From NCBI GenBank assembly GCA_951406725.2, contig OX597827.1, forward strand, positions 43,958,001 through 44,022,000: DNA of 64,000 bases, given 5' to 3'. This document shows, piece after piece, positions 1 through 13,314 of this stretch. This DNA comes from Octopus vulgaris (lineage: Eukaryota). The notes beneath the pieces were generated by a model. It was not told the origin of the DNA, ran no database searches, and saw only the letters and a program-made list of their open reading frames with translations. Both the position numbers and the translations under genes were made by a program. Positions within the stretch are counted from its first letter, which is position 1. Every line of letters starts with the position of its first letter.

Positions 1-504
1 GAGCAGAACTGAGGAAAATATCACAGGTGTGCGTGCAGCTGTGATGGGAAATCGTCGAATCACCATCCGTAAGGTATCAGAGGATGTGCAGATTAGTTAC
101 AGTTCATTATCATTGAAGATTTGGGTATGAGACGCGTGTCTGCCAAGTTTGTGTCAAAACTGCTTTCAGCTGACCAATAAAGCACTCGGGTTTCAATTGC
201 ACAAAATCTCCTTGATTGTAAACGAGAACGATGAAAACTTTTTGAAAACATTGCGTAGGCCTCTGAGCAGGTATCACCAAGCATTTGGCAAAAATTGATG
301 CAGATTCTCTGCTCAATTTTCTCTGTTATGGTCAATGCAACGATCACACGCTACACATCTTCCTTCCAAGCACTGCTGCAAACAAGGGACGTGAGCTAGA
401 ACGTTAAAATGTAGTGCGCATGCACAGCAGAGTTCAAGATCAATCTGTGCCAAGTGGCTTTACTCTACGTCCTTTAACTTTGTTACTATTTTGATCAGAG
501 TACG
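1..504 (-). mobile_element. Mariner-derived non-autonomous element (rearranged; 5' end joined to an inverted internal transposase segment), truncated by the window edge
   Basis: Minus strand 347->250 reads the mariner N-terminus (EKIEQRICINFCQMLG). Plus strand 2-250 reads decayed RTEENI..V...NRRITIR..EDLGMRRVSAKFVSKLLS, the mariner HTH and WVPHEL-like region. A TIR-like end TA|CGTACTCTGATCAAAATAG lies near 486-506. A homologous copy is at 41930-42324. Confidence 0.8.
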
Positions 505-569
505 TAGATGTGTGTAGAGGTATAGATGGGCAGTCATCTTTAATCTTTATCTTCTATCATTTGTCTTTT

Positions 570-800
570 TCTTATTTCAGTCACTAGATTTCGGTCATGC
601 TGGAACACCGCCTTTAAGTTGAAGGAATCGACACCACTACGTATTTTGTTCTTTGTCTTTGTTTTTTTTTTTCGTTATTTTAAACCTGGTACTTGCTTCA
701 TCGGTCAGTTTTTGCCAAACAGCTACGTTACACGAACGCAAACAAAGCAACACCAGTTGTCCGATGATGATGGTGGGAAAACATGAGCATAAACACAGAC
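570..800 (-). mobile_element. SINE family A, diverged 3' part
   Basis: TTTCAGTCA..GGTCATGCTGGAACACCGCC..ATCGAC matches the tail of the full copies at 6345-6811 and 13315-13729. Confidence 0.65.
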
Positions 801-829
801 GGTCGCATATGTGGGTGTTTCTATTCATC

Positions 830-861
<32 letters not shown>

Positions 862-1112
862 GATATATACATATACATACACACACACATGTACACATAC
901 ACACACACACTTATCTACCAACAATGTAATGAACGGGGAAAGCTTGGTTTGTAATATCCGTGGACGTGTGTGGTTGTATATGTTTGTATGTTTATCAAAA
1001 GCTGGGATCATTAGTCACCAGCGAAGCCACAAGTGTAACGTATAAATTAGTCTGAGTGTACAATGTTCTTAATGTTCAGAGACGGCCTTCCGCGGTCACG
1101 AGTGGATAGACA

Positions 1113-1164
<52 letters not shown>

Positions 1165-1327
1165 TGTTGGCTTGCTCGCTTAGCCAGCGGGGTGGCGTCA
1201 TTCGAAGGCTAAAACAATGCGAACGCATTGTGACCAGCGATGTGTAACTACATCTGATGGTCGGTCACGTGATATACATATATATATATATATATATAGC
1301 GATGTGTAACTACATCTGATGGTCGGT

Positions 1328-1336
<9 letters not shown>
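1165..1336 (+). repeat. Inverted 110-bp copy (1165-1274) plus a second 39-bp partial copy (1298-1336) of the SINE tail at 1361-1470
   Basis: 1165-1274 is the exact reverse complement of 1361-1470 by eye. All three copies end in GTCACGTGATA followed by (TA)n. Confidence 0.9.
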
Positions 1337-1360
<24 letters not shown>

Positions 1361-1369
<9 letters not shown>

Positions 1370-1610
1370 ACCGACCATCAGATGTAGTTACACATCGCTG
1401 GTCACAATGCGTTCGCATTGTTTTAGCCTTCGAATGACGCCACCCCGCTGGCTAAGCGAGCAAGCCAACAGAAGAAAGAGTGGCAGAAAGAGTGGTGAAA
1501 GAGTCCAGCAGGGATCACCACCCCCTGCCGGAGCCTCGTGGAGGTTTTAGGTTTTTTAGCTCAATAAACACTCACAACGCCTGGTCTGGGAATCGAAACC
1601 GCGATCCTAC
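1361..1610 (-). mobile_element. tRNA-derived SINE (family C head, alternative tail), 5' truncated
   Basis: The reverse complement has a B-box-like GGTTTCGATTCCC and a body CCACGAGGCTCCGGCAGGGGGTGGTGATCCCTG shared with 4672-4995 and 32988-33295. Confidence 0.8.
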
Positions 1611-2329
1611 ATGACATGGAATAAACTAAAATTTATATAAGACATTCTATTGTAAAAGTCACCTGGCAACGACGAGCGTCCAACAACACTATACTTGTTC
1701 CACGTCCTCGCGTTGTTGCGTTTTCTCTTTGTTCATGTTTGGATTATATATAGTGTGAAGTGTGTGTGTATGTGTGTGTGCGTGTGTGCATGTATCTATA
1801 TATTTACGAAAGTATGAATGCAGCGTTGCGTGCATATCCGTGAATGACAGCTGTATTAACGTTAACATCCCACTGCCACTCCATATTTGTCGCTTACACA
1901 ACGCGGTTTCCCCTTCCCTAATATCAACCACACTCACTATGCCACCAGAATTCCCTCATACTAAACACTCTTGCACCCTTCTAATTTTATCAAACGTTTC
2001 GCGTTTTTATGGAAGTCTAGGAATACTTTTACCAAATACCCAATACCACATAGGTCCTAATTTAAGGAAGGTTTGACTACCATTTCTAGCTGCTCAAACG
2101 ACCACTGGAACGTTGCCTCAATTTTTCCTTTTCTTTTCTCTCTTTGTTTCTCCCTCTCTCTCTCTCTCTCTCTCTACTTCTCTCTCTGTCTCTGTCTCTC
2201 TTTTTCTCTCTCTCTTTCTTTCTTTCTTTCGTTGCTGCTGGTCTTGTTTGTCTAACAGTAATGGCGGATGATGTAATTGTTAATAAATTAGATATGAGAG
2301 TGAAATGAAATTATATCAAATTAAACACA

Positions 2330-2845
2330 GTAACAAAAAACAACAAAAACAAAAAAAAAACAACGATAACGACTAAAACATTATCGATAATAGCAATATT
2401 AACAGCAATAATAATCACAATAATGACAACGATAGCAACAACAACAACAGCAACAACAGCAACAACAACCATTGCAACAACAACTACTACAGCGGTCACA
2501 ACAACAATAACAAGCGCAATAAGAACCACGTTAGAAAGCCAGAGCAACAATAGCAACTATAATCACCACAATAACGACAACAATAACAATAAAAGCGACA
2601 ACAACAACAACAGTAATAACATCAGCAGAAACGATAGCAACAATAACAACAACAACAACAGCAACATTCCTAATAGCAATAACCCAATGAAGCAGCTAAC
2701 CACCCTGCCTGCCTCACTAATCACAGAGCCAGTCGGTTCTCTCTTGGGTCACCTGCCAGCCAACACGGCAGCAGTCTTGTCAAGTAAATATTTCAAGCAT
2801 TTCACGTCATTTAACAAATCTGATTGATAGCGATGGCGATGACGT

Positions 2846-2882
<37 letters not shown>

Positions 2883-3069
2883 AACGATGATGATGATGAT
2901 GATGATGATGATTATCGCGATGATGAAGCTGACGACGACGGCCACGACGATGACGGTGACGAAAACTAGCGACACCACCACCACCACCTCCATCACTACC
3001 ACGAACACGACGACCACGACGACTTCAACAGTAATAATAATAATAATAATAATAATAGTAGTAGTAGTA

Positions 3070-3115
<46 letters not shown>

Positions 3116-3162
3116 TGATGATAATAATAATAATAATGATGATAATAATAATAATAATGATG

Positions 3163-3218
<56 letters not shown>

Positions 3219-3220
3219 TG
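2330..3220. repeat. Compound trinucleotide low-complexity tract (CAA, GAC, GAT, TAA) interrupted by a unique ~130-bp island at 2690-2820
   Basis: Directly visible repeats. Confidence 0.9.
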
Positions 3221-3399
3221 TTTATAGGCGGAAACTGCGGACACGTGAAATATATATTCGTGTGTGCTGCGCGTGTATGTATGTATGTATGTATGTATGT
3301 ATGTATGTATGTATGTATGTGTATGTATGTATGTATGTATGTATGTATGTATGTACGTATGCATGAACGTTATATGTGTGTTCGTTTATGTGTGGGTGC

Positions 3400-3473
<74 letters not shown>

Positions 3474-3520
3474 GTGTGCGTGCGCGTGTGTGTGTGTGCG
3501 CGTGTGTGTGTACGTGTGTA

Positions 3521-4605
3521 TAGTGAGAAATTAACGTGCATGGAGAATGGTTCAATCCCAGACTGGAAGAGTATTACTAAGCGAAACGTCACCTCGTTCA
3601 ATCCTCCCTGCATGACAGATGCCTTTTCTAATACAGCCAAAGACATTTTATCTTTAACCAGATACACGTAATTACGCTAAAGGCTTTAATTTGCATAAAA
3701 TTAAAGTTAGCTAATCTTACATAGAAACCATAACTTTCAACATAGCCTGCTGAAAAGCAGCCCAGATCACTGAGTGGCTTTTGTCTTTTCAAGGTTGTGG
3801 TCAATAGAGCACGAACAAGTCTAACTTCATCTAATGTTGCCCGTGAACTTATATGAGATTACATCTAACTGAAAGTAAAATGCTTATTCACTATCTGTGC
3901 TTCTTCAGTTCCAGAACCAGAGTAAACATTATCCGCCCGTCTAGTTTTATTTGTAGCCTTCAGAACTATGAAAATGACTAGCCTGGTGCAACCGGCAGCA
4001 TTCTAGACAAGGCAACGTTTTCCTTTCCCCGGAGCACACACCTGTAGTTTTTGTCCTTCTGAGTAAGTATACATACTGCAACAGCCAGCCATACCACTCG
4101 GTAAGAAAATGAACTGTCATACACGTACCACAAAAAGAGTTTTTTTGTTAGTTTATATTTAGCCCTTAGCTACAAGTCCCATAAATTTTTCGCGAAAATG
4201 TTCATTCTACTAATATTTCGAACAAAAAGGAAAACGAATAATTTTATTCGCTGCAGTATAGAATTGCCTTCTATTTACCAGTAAAGAAAGAGTTACCCAT
4301 TCCAATACGAGGCACGAAATAATTAATACGAATGAGCTTTACGAATGGTAGTACGCCATAATTAAAAACCTCATCAGTCACTCATTATGAGAGCGTTCAA
4401 ATGATTGCATGTTTTTCTGATCTACGAAACTTTTAGTATCGCAAACCTAAATTAAACTCATTAGGCAAGTATATTTTGCCATCATTATGTGCTGAGTGGT
4501 ACTTCCTTCTGTTTGTGTACCTAAACTCTTCTCTGTATGTGTGCGTGTGTGTATTTATATATACATATAAGTATAGATTTAGATATATATATATATTTGT
4601 AATGG

Positions 4606-4660
<55 letters not shown>

Positions 4661-5256
4661 GTGTGTGTGTAGTGGAGACGCAATGGCCCAGTGGTTAGGG
4701 CAGCGGACTCACGGTCGGAGGATCACGGATTCGATTCCCAGACCGTTGTGTGTGTTTATTGAGCGAAAATGTATAAAGCTCCACGAAGCGAAAATATCTA
4801 AAGCTCCACCAGGCTCTGGCAGAGGGTGGTGGCGACCCCTGTTCTACTCTTTCGTCCCAACTTTCTCTCAATTTTCTTCCTGTTTCTTGGGTAACGCTGC
4901 GATGGATTGGCATCTCGTCCAGCAGGGGGGAACACATACGCCACAGAAACCGGAAAACCGAGCCCACGAACCTGGCTAGGCTTGAAAAGGGAGCATAAAT
5001 AAAGATATGCGAATAAATAAAAATAACCACACGTGAACTGGTAGCAAGCTTTCCTTATTTTTCCTCTTTGGACGTTCCTGCTTCCGACAAAGAGCTATGC
5101 TCGAAACTTTAACAACTCTTTCCCTTCACCAAGCGTCTAATTAATGTACTTCTTGTGATGTCCTCACGTTCGTTTTCTTTTCACTCTGTTTTTTAATTGT
5201 TCGTTTATTTGAATTATATATATATATATATATATACATATACATACATGCATACT

Positions 5257-5289
<33 letters not shown>

Positions 5290-5290
5290 T

Positions 5291-5354
<64 letters not shown>

Positions 5355-5561
5355 CATAGATAGGCAGACGGACGGACGGACGGTCGGACGGACAGACAGA
5401 CAACTAGACAGACAGGATTTTTGGGTAAGGATAAAATGTCTTTGGCTGTATTAGAAAAGGCATCTGTCATGCAGGGATGATTGAATGAGGTGGCGTTTCT
5501 CTTCGTAATACTCTTCCGGTCTGGGATTGAACCATTCTCCATGTACATTAACTTCTCCCTA
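3521..5561. repeat. Inverted duplication with ~138-bp unique arms at 3521-3659 and 5424-5561, extending outward into mirrored microsatellites
   Basis: GAGAAATTAACGTGCATGGAGAATGGTTCAATCCCAGAC...GACATTTTATC recurs reverse-complemented. The ORF track shows near-identical peptides (..MENGSIPD..TDAFSNTAKDILSL) on opposite strands. Confidence 0.9.
4672..4995 (+). mobile_element. tRNA-derived SINE family C with a V-domain-like central segment
   Basis: A-box TGGCCCAGTGGTTAG and B-box GATTCGATTCCC. The central CTGCGATGGATTGGCATCTCGTCCAG resembles the V-SINE domain (recalled). Other copies at 32988 and 33370. Confidence 0.85.
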
Positions 5562-5581
5562 TACACACGTACACACACACG

Positions 5582-5613
<32 letters not shown>

Positions 5614-6344
5614 TAAACGAGCACACATAAAGTACATCCATCCATACATACATACATACACACGCGCACATACATACTTACATACATTCATGCATACATA
5701 CATACATACATACATAAATACATATGCATATAGTTGTGACCTTGGCCTTGTTTTTCCGTACGTGTTTGCAAATAACTAGTGTTCTATAAAAAAAGAACAT
5801 GACTTATACCATTCAAAATTAATAAATATTAAAAAAAAACATAGCAAACTGAAATAAAAACTAGAACTCGCGTGATCGACTTGAAGGCGGTACCTCAGTA
5901 TGTTCACTGCTAAACGACTGAAATCATTAAAAAAAAACGGGCAAAATAAACCGTAGAAAATTGTGTTCCTATTGTCATAGAAAAATAGAATTGCGTAAAT
6001 AATAAATAATTCAGCGGTGCCATCTGTATGAAAGAGAATAGAAAATTTACTGGTAACATATTTAATACGAGTACCATTGAAAAACTGACGATAAAAATAT
6101 ATGCCGTGAGGAGAAAAATATAAATATTAATCAATAACGAATGACTTCTTTCGTATGCTTTAATCAGTAATGGACAACTGCAGTCATGTTTTGGTATTCT
6201 GTTGACCTCGTCAGTGAAACATAATTTTCTTTTTGTACTTGTCAAAGCAGCTGTAAAAGGATCACCAAGTAAATGTAGAAATATTAGGCATTTGTCGATG
6301 AAGGGGGGAAAAAGAATTGTTTCGAAAGGAGATGTGATTTTATT

Positions 6345-6563
6345 CTTTTCTTTTGTTCTTTTACTTGTTTCAGTCATTTTGACTGCGGCCATGCTGGAGC
6401 AACGCCTTTTAGTCGAGCAAATCGATCCCGGGACGTATTCTTTGTAAGTCTAGTACTTATTCTATCGGTCTCTTTTGCCGAACCGCTAAGTTACGGGGAC
6501 GTAAACACACCACCATCGGTTGTCAAGTGATGTTGGGGAACAAACAGACACACAAACAAACAG

Positions 6564-6649
<86 letters not shown>

Positions 6650-6811
6650 GATGGGCTTCTTTCAGTTTCCGTCTACCAAATCTACTCACAAGGCTTTGGT
6701 CGGCCCGAGGCTATAGTAGAAGGCACTTGCACAAGGTGACATGCAGTGGGACTGAACCCGGAACCATGTGGTTGGTAAGCAAGCTACTTACCACACAGCC
6801 ACATCTGCGCC
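6345..6811 (-). mobile_element. Full-length tRNA-derived SINE family A with an internal (CA)n/(TA)n tract
   Basis: The reverse complement starts GGCGCAG..TGGCTGTGTGGTAAG..CATGGTTCCGGGTTCAGTCCCACTG and ends ..CCAGCATGGCCGCAGTCAAAATGACTGAAACAAGTAAAAGA. Many copies occur in the window. Confidence 0.9.
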
Positions 6812-6849
6812 TATTTGTGAGAAATAGAAACACAAAATCGTTTATCTTT

Positions 6850-7045
6850 ACATGTTCCACTCATTGTACTGCGGCCATGCTGGAGCACTGCCATGAAGGA
6901 TTTAGTTGATATCAGCACGTCGAGGTTTTTTTTAAGGCTGGTGCTTATTCTCCCATTCTTTTCTGCTGAACGTCTAAATTACGGGGACGTAAATAAACCA
7001 GCACCGGTTATCAAGCGGTGGCGGGGACAAGCACTTACACAAAGA
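6850..7045 (-). mobile_element. SINE family A, 3' part
   Basis: TGCGGCCATGCTGGAGCAC...TTACGGGGACGTAAA...TCAAGCGGTG matches family A. Confidence 0.75.
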
Positions 7046-7149
7046 CACACACACACACGTGCATACATATATAACTGTGTGTGTTTATGTGTGTGTATAT
7101 ATATATATTTGTTGATTCTACCTATATTGGATCTGCGTGTGTGTGTGTG

Positions 7150-7189
<40 letters not shown>

Positions 7190-7209
7190 TGTGCGTGTGT
7201 GTAGTAGAC

Positions 7210-7572
7210 AATACTTGCCCGAGGATGGAGTAAAGAGCAATGATCCCGCTTTGGTCATGGATGATCATGGGTTTACACCAAGTAAGTTCCCCTCCAAGGC
7301 ACAAGTACGGGCAAGGTTATTTATGGATGACCAGCAGTCGCCCATGCATACCAGACACCCCACTCGACGCCACCGATGTTATCCAAAGGAAAGGCAAAGG
7401 CCGATACAGCTTGGCACCAGTGACATAGAAACTCATTTCTACAGCTGAGTGAACTGGAACAACGTGAAATAAAGTGTCTTGCTCAACAACACAACACACA
7501 GCGCAGTCTGGGAATCGAACTCACTTCCTCATGATTGTGAGCCCGACGTTCTTACCACAGAGCCATGCACCT
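7210..7572 (-). mobile_element. tRNA-derived SINE family D (CORE-like central domain)
   Basis: The reverse complement has A/B boxes (TGGCTCTGTGGTAAG, GAGTTCGATTCCC) and TTGAGCAAGACACTTTATTTCACGTTG, shared with 15027-15315. Confidence 0.8.
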
Positions 7573-7961
7573 AAAGACGGATAACTACGCTCAATTTTTT
7601 AAGGATAACTACGATCATTAATCTGAGTATAACTACGTTCGTTTTTCCCTACAAGACTCGGAGGTATCAAAAAGGATTATGTGCACTGTCCTTTCTCCTT
7701 AGGATAAGCCAGTAACAAAAAGAAAACCATTTTAAACATACTGCTAAGATTATGGGGACTCGGTGTAGCCTAGAGGATCCAAGCAGTAGATATGTGTTAA
7801 ATAGACTAATAACATCAGATGACTACCCACTAACCTGCTTTATTTTTTCCTCTGTTAAAAGCAATCGACCGAATCTGTTTGGTCGATAACTACAGGCTGT
7901 GGTTATCAACACACGATCGTAAAACGTACAAATCGATTTCAACATACATACATACATAAAT

Positions 7962-8000
<39 letters not shown>

Positions 8001-8082
8001 TATATATATATATAAAATAAATATATATGTATGTGTATATTATATATATATGTATAAATTGCACACACATTATGTATGTATG

Positions 8083-8130
<48 letters not shown>

Positions 8131-8153
8131 TATATATAAAGAGAGAGAGAGAC

Positions 8154-8204
<51 letters not shown>

Positions 8205-8275
8205 TATATATACACATATATATATGCATATATATACATACATATATATATACATACATATATATATATATATAC

Positions 8276-8335
<60 letters not shown>

Positions 8336-8831
8336 GTATGTATATATATACATATATGCATGTGTGTGTGTATGTGTGTGTGTGTGTGTGTGTGTGGTAC
8401 GTGAAACACGCTATACAGAAGAAAATGGCCGAACGAAACGAAAAGCTGAATAAATTGCTTGGATCAAGCAAGGGGCTGTGAATCATAATCGATAACAGTT
8501 GATTGATGATGTTGTAGGGAAATATGGCTGAAATGATGGTTTGACCTGATCTAAATACCGGACATCGTACAAAGCAGTTAAATCAGCGAATGAGATTGCT
8601 TAAACTATGACAAACGACTTCAATATCAACGTCTGCGAATCGTGTGTGTGTGTGTGTGTGAGTGTGTCTGCGTGTGTGTGTGTCTGTCTGTGTGTGTGTG
8701 TGAATGTGTGTGTGTGTGTGTGTGTGAATGTGTGTGTGCGTGAGTTTGTATGTGCAATGTGTGTATTTGCTGGGTATACATCGAAGCGCAAATTTCAAAG
8801 GCTAATGTGCATGCATATATATATATCGTAT

Positions 8832-8875
<44 letters not shown>

Positions 8876-9485
8876 GATATTACATATACTCATATGTACA
8901 TGTATATCATATATATATACACATATATATATACATCGATATTACATAGATATATATACTCATATGTACATGTATATAGTCATATACATACATATCTATA
9001 AATATACATACACACATATACATATATGTTTAAGCACACACACACACACGCGCACACACATACACACACACGCGCACACACATACACACACACATGCGCA
9101 TACGTGTAGTGCATGTTTGCGCATATCATTTAAACTTTATGCATGCGTTGTTGCATTGAAACACAAAGGTCATGCACACACACATACATATATTTATATA
9201 TGCATATTTATATATATACACACACACACATATATACATACACTCAGGCACACGCACGTATACGTTTGTATATATGTTTGTATACATATGTGTGTGTGTG
9301 TTTGCATGTGTGTGTATGTGTTTCTGTGTGTGTGTGTGTGTGTATGTGTGTATGTGTGTATGTGTGTGTGTGTATGTATGTGTGCGTGTGTGTGTGTGTA
9401 TCCTTCATCCGTTGCCCTGTTTACTTAATCGTACCATGCTTCTAACCTCATATATCATATTCTACTTCGTACGTGTATCTGTGTA

Positions 9486-9526
<41 letters not shown>

Positions 9527-10148
9527 GCTTACTTCCTCAGGAACTTTCCTTAGTTGATACAGATAACTGTAGCAGAGATTATTTGGCACGTACACAGAAT
9601 CAGAGACACAGTATGCAGTCTCAGAAACTAATATTTATCGCAGCGAACTCTAAGCGTTGATCTAATCAGCTATCAGCACATCACTTAATCACATATGGAT
9701 TGAATTTCCCTCCGAATTACATTATATGCGTCTTTCAAAACAGTAGCAACATTCTCCTCTACTTTTGTACGGGCAGGGAGATGGTCGAATCGTTCGAGAG
9801 TCAGACAAAATGCTTTTTGTGGTATTCAGTTAGGGGTCTTTATGTAGTGAGTTCAAATCCCACAGTAGTCAGCTACTTTGTTTCATTCCACCATCGGGCA
9901 TTGTCAAACGCTAATGCAGGTCGATGTAAATGACTAATACATTCTCTCTGACAATTTTGACGTTTTGTCTGATTTAGAAACCATTCTCTGTATTTGATAT
10001 GCAAATCGAATTTTTAGACCAAATTTATACCCAAAATAGACGGCTCGACTTATGCACTACGACAGAGTCAAAAAATTCCATGTAATATGTAGCAAGGTTT
10101 GGAAAGATAGTAACGATGTTTGAATGTTTATATGACATAGTTGTACTA

Positions 10149-10573
10149 TTGGATTGTCCGGAAAGTTCGTGCCGATTTATAATAGCTTACCTTTCGATTT
10201 ATTTTAGAACATAGTTGAGTCCATAAAATAGGATTTGACTACACCTCCATTTAGAGCACAGTTTAAGCTATCTTTTCGTGGAAGAAGATTTATGTTCCTA
10301 TAACCTGTGTTAATTCTGTAACCCTTTAAAATGGAAGATAAGAAAATTCATTTTCAGCCAATTCCTTGGATGACGTAAAAAGATACCTTGATGAATTCTT
10401 TGCCATGAAACCACCTCAATTCTGGGAAGAAGGTATTTTCAAGTTAACGGAAAGATGGAGACGTATTGTGCAACAAAATGGTTCATATTTGGTTGATTAA
10501 AAATGTAATGGCAATTATTTATTGACCTTTTTCTTTCCTTTAAAAATCGGCACGAACTTTCCGGACAACCCAA
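10149..10573 (+). mobile_element. Internally deleted mariner element (MITE) with TIRs and TA target duplication
   Basis: TA|TTGGATTGTCCGGAAAGTTCGTGCCGATTT...AAATCGGCACGAACTTTCCGGACAACCCAA|TA. It encodes the start MEDKKIHF joined to the C-terminus LDDVKRYLDEFFAMKPPQFWEEGIFKLTERWRRIVQQNGSYLVD*. Confidence 0.93.
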
Positions 10574-10805
10574 TATATACCGCGTCGATTTCTATGTCAG
10601 AAAATACAGTATTTATATCCAAAATTCTAGGTGCAATTCATTGGGCAGGCTTCTATACTATTTTCGACTACCTAATTTCATATGCAATGTATGAGTGGAC
10701 TGGAGGTTATAGAAAATGGCACGTTTCTATGATTGCACGCGATGGAGTCTAAGTAATATGAGACAACTGGTATCGTATCAAATTATGACATTTATATATT
10801 TAAAC

Positions 10806-10907
10806 ATTGACACAGCATGAGCGTGGAATTGAATGTCACAGAGGAAGGCTACCTCTTTTGATCTAAACTCCTGTAACAGTCAGTTCTGCCCTCATGCTGT
10901 GTCAATA
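10806..10907. repeat. Short imperfect hairpin (MITE-like)
   Basis: ATTGACACAGCATGAG...CTCATGCTGTGTCAAT inverted arms. Confidence 0.6.
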
Positions 10908-11179
10908 CTTTAATTCTGGCAGTGCCTCAGCATTGCCGCATGGCCGCAGTTTGAAGGCTGAAACATATGAAAGAATAAAAGAATAAAAGAATATTAATCT
11001 CATAATCTGGCCTGATACCAGTTGCTTTGCCTGTTTATACTTTTATTCTATTATATGCATCTCTATATTCACACATACACAAACACACGCACACACACAC
11101 ACACACACACTCGCACAAATATGTGTGTGTGTATCCGTATATATTATAATATAGTGTGTAGCGTGTGTATGAATGTGTA

Positions 11180-11211
<32 letters not shown>

Positions 11212-11469
11212 CGTGTGTGTGTGTGCGTGTGTGTGTGTGTGTGTATTTGCTGTTCTAATATAGAAGTACGATAGTTCTTAGTGCGCTATCAACTACGGAT
11301 TCGATGACTGTAGCTGATGAATCGTAACGAGGCTGAAACACGCGTCTTACAGCTCGATGGCGTCGTCCATAGCCCACTTTGGGCTGTTTTCACAAATATT
11401 ATCTATAAGATTTTTTTCTTTCCTGAGACACTTGCCACGGAGAACATCATTCCACATATAAATATACAC

Positions 11470-11512
<43 letters not shown>

Positions 11513-11520
11513 CACACACA

Positions 11521-11573
<53 letters not shown>

Positions 11574-11581
11574 ACATATTT

Positions 11582-11822
11582 CAGGGTTGGCCAAAAGACA
11601 CCTGGGAGTAAATCGAAACCATTTAATTCCAAGATGAAAATAAAAAATTATTTTATGAGACTTTGCTAGTAAATAGACAAATGTTAGGGGAAAAAAACGG
11701 TGATTTCAACTCACAGCATTCAATTATTAAACATTTATAATTGGAATGAATAAAGAAAATTGAATATTTAGTATTTATGGAATTTTGATTTACTGTCCAG
11801 TGACTTTTGGTGGCCAAACCTA
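11582..11822. mobile_element. Tc1/mariner-type MITE
   Basis: Imperfect TIRs CAGGGTTGGCCAAAAGACACCTGGGAGTAAATC / GATTTACTGTCCAGTGACTTTTGGTGGCCAAACCTA around an AT-rich interior. Confidence 0.7.
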
Positions 11823-11979
11823 TGTGTGTGTGTGTGTGGGTGGGTGTTTGTGTGTGTGTATGTGTGTACATACATACATATATAAGAGTGTATAAGGATT
11901 TATACGCAGAGAGGTGACCCTTGACAGGACGCCTTACACGCTAGAAAGAGCAGTCAAACCCGAATTACATACATACATT

Positions 11980-12091
<112 letters not shown>

Positions 12092-12136
12092 CATACATAC
12101 ATAGTACATACACACATACATACATATATACATACA

Positions 12137-12175
<39 letters not shown>

Positions 12176-12229
12176 TATATACACACACATACATACATAC
12201 ATACATACATACATACATACATACATACA

Positions 12230-12261
<32 letters not shown>

Positions 12262-12734
12262 CATATACGCGTATACAATAAAAATTGAAGTGCAAGTTAC
12301 TGTAAGTTTCATGCCGATGATAATATAACAGTCAGACCAGCTTGTACGGTGCGCCGCATGTTATCGGCTAATCGTTATTAATTCCCATTCGAACGGACTA
12401 AAGGGACGCAACTATTATCTCCCTTCACTTCATGGTTGCAATATGTATATATATATATATATTTTTTTCAATTACTTTTTGCTCCTCGTTCTTTTTCATC
12501 TTTCCTTGTTTTTCAGCAGAGAGCTTCCATGACTTATTTTGAGCTTGAATAATTATTACCCGATAATACACGACACGTTATGTAAGCTCGTTCGTCTATC
12601 GTGTTATCAGAATCACGAAACTAACAGTAACTGACATTTAAATCTTGTGCGTGCTTTTACAAGATGGAATACATTTTTGCTGATACCATCAACAACGGAA
12701 CAGTACAATACGATGCGATACGATACGATAGATA

Positions 12735-12940
12735 TTCTTTTATTCTTTTACTTGTTTCAGTCATTTGACTGCGGCCATGCTGGAGCACCGCTTTTAGTCG
12801 AACAAATCGACCCCAAGACTTATTCTTTGTAAGCCTAGTATTTGTTCAATCGGTCGCTTTTGCCGAACCGCTAGGTTACGGGGACGTAAACATACCAGCA
12901 TCGGTTGTCAAGCGATTGTGGGGGGTCAAACATAGGCACA
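12735..12940 (-). mobile_element. SINE family A, 3' half
   Basis: Near-identical to 6355-6550. Confidence 0.85.
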
Positions 12941-13314
12941 ATAAAACAAAAATATCTAAAACTACTGGCACGTCCTAGATATACCTACATCCTTTTAGTG
13001 AACCATTGAAGAACATGACCCGAGGCGAGTACACCTAAATATACACACCTGCTTACAAAGTTCGACATACATGAATAAATTCTAAACTATAACATAACCA
13101 CAATTTTAATCAATTAGAATTTCTCAGAAACATATCTCTATCATAACCCACCCTACAACATATTTGCCATTCCACTCAAAACCATATACCCAAGGAAGGT
13201 TTTAACTCAACAGAGACAATATAAAGCCAAAATCGTACTCTAACGATGGCTTATCTGGTCGAAACTTCTAAGTCACTATCAATAATATTCTTGCATAAGA
13301 ATTATATATACTCT

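Noticed and set aside
4672-4745. tRNA gene-like heads here and at 15027, 32988 and 33610-33681
   Set aside because: They continue into SINE bodies and lack a complete cloverleaf.
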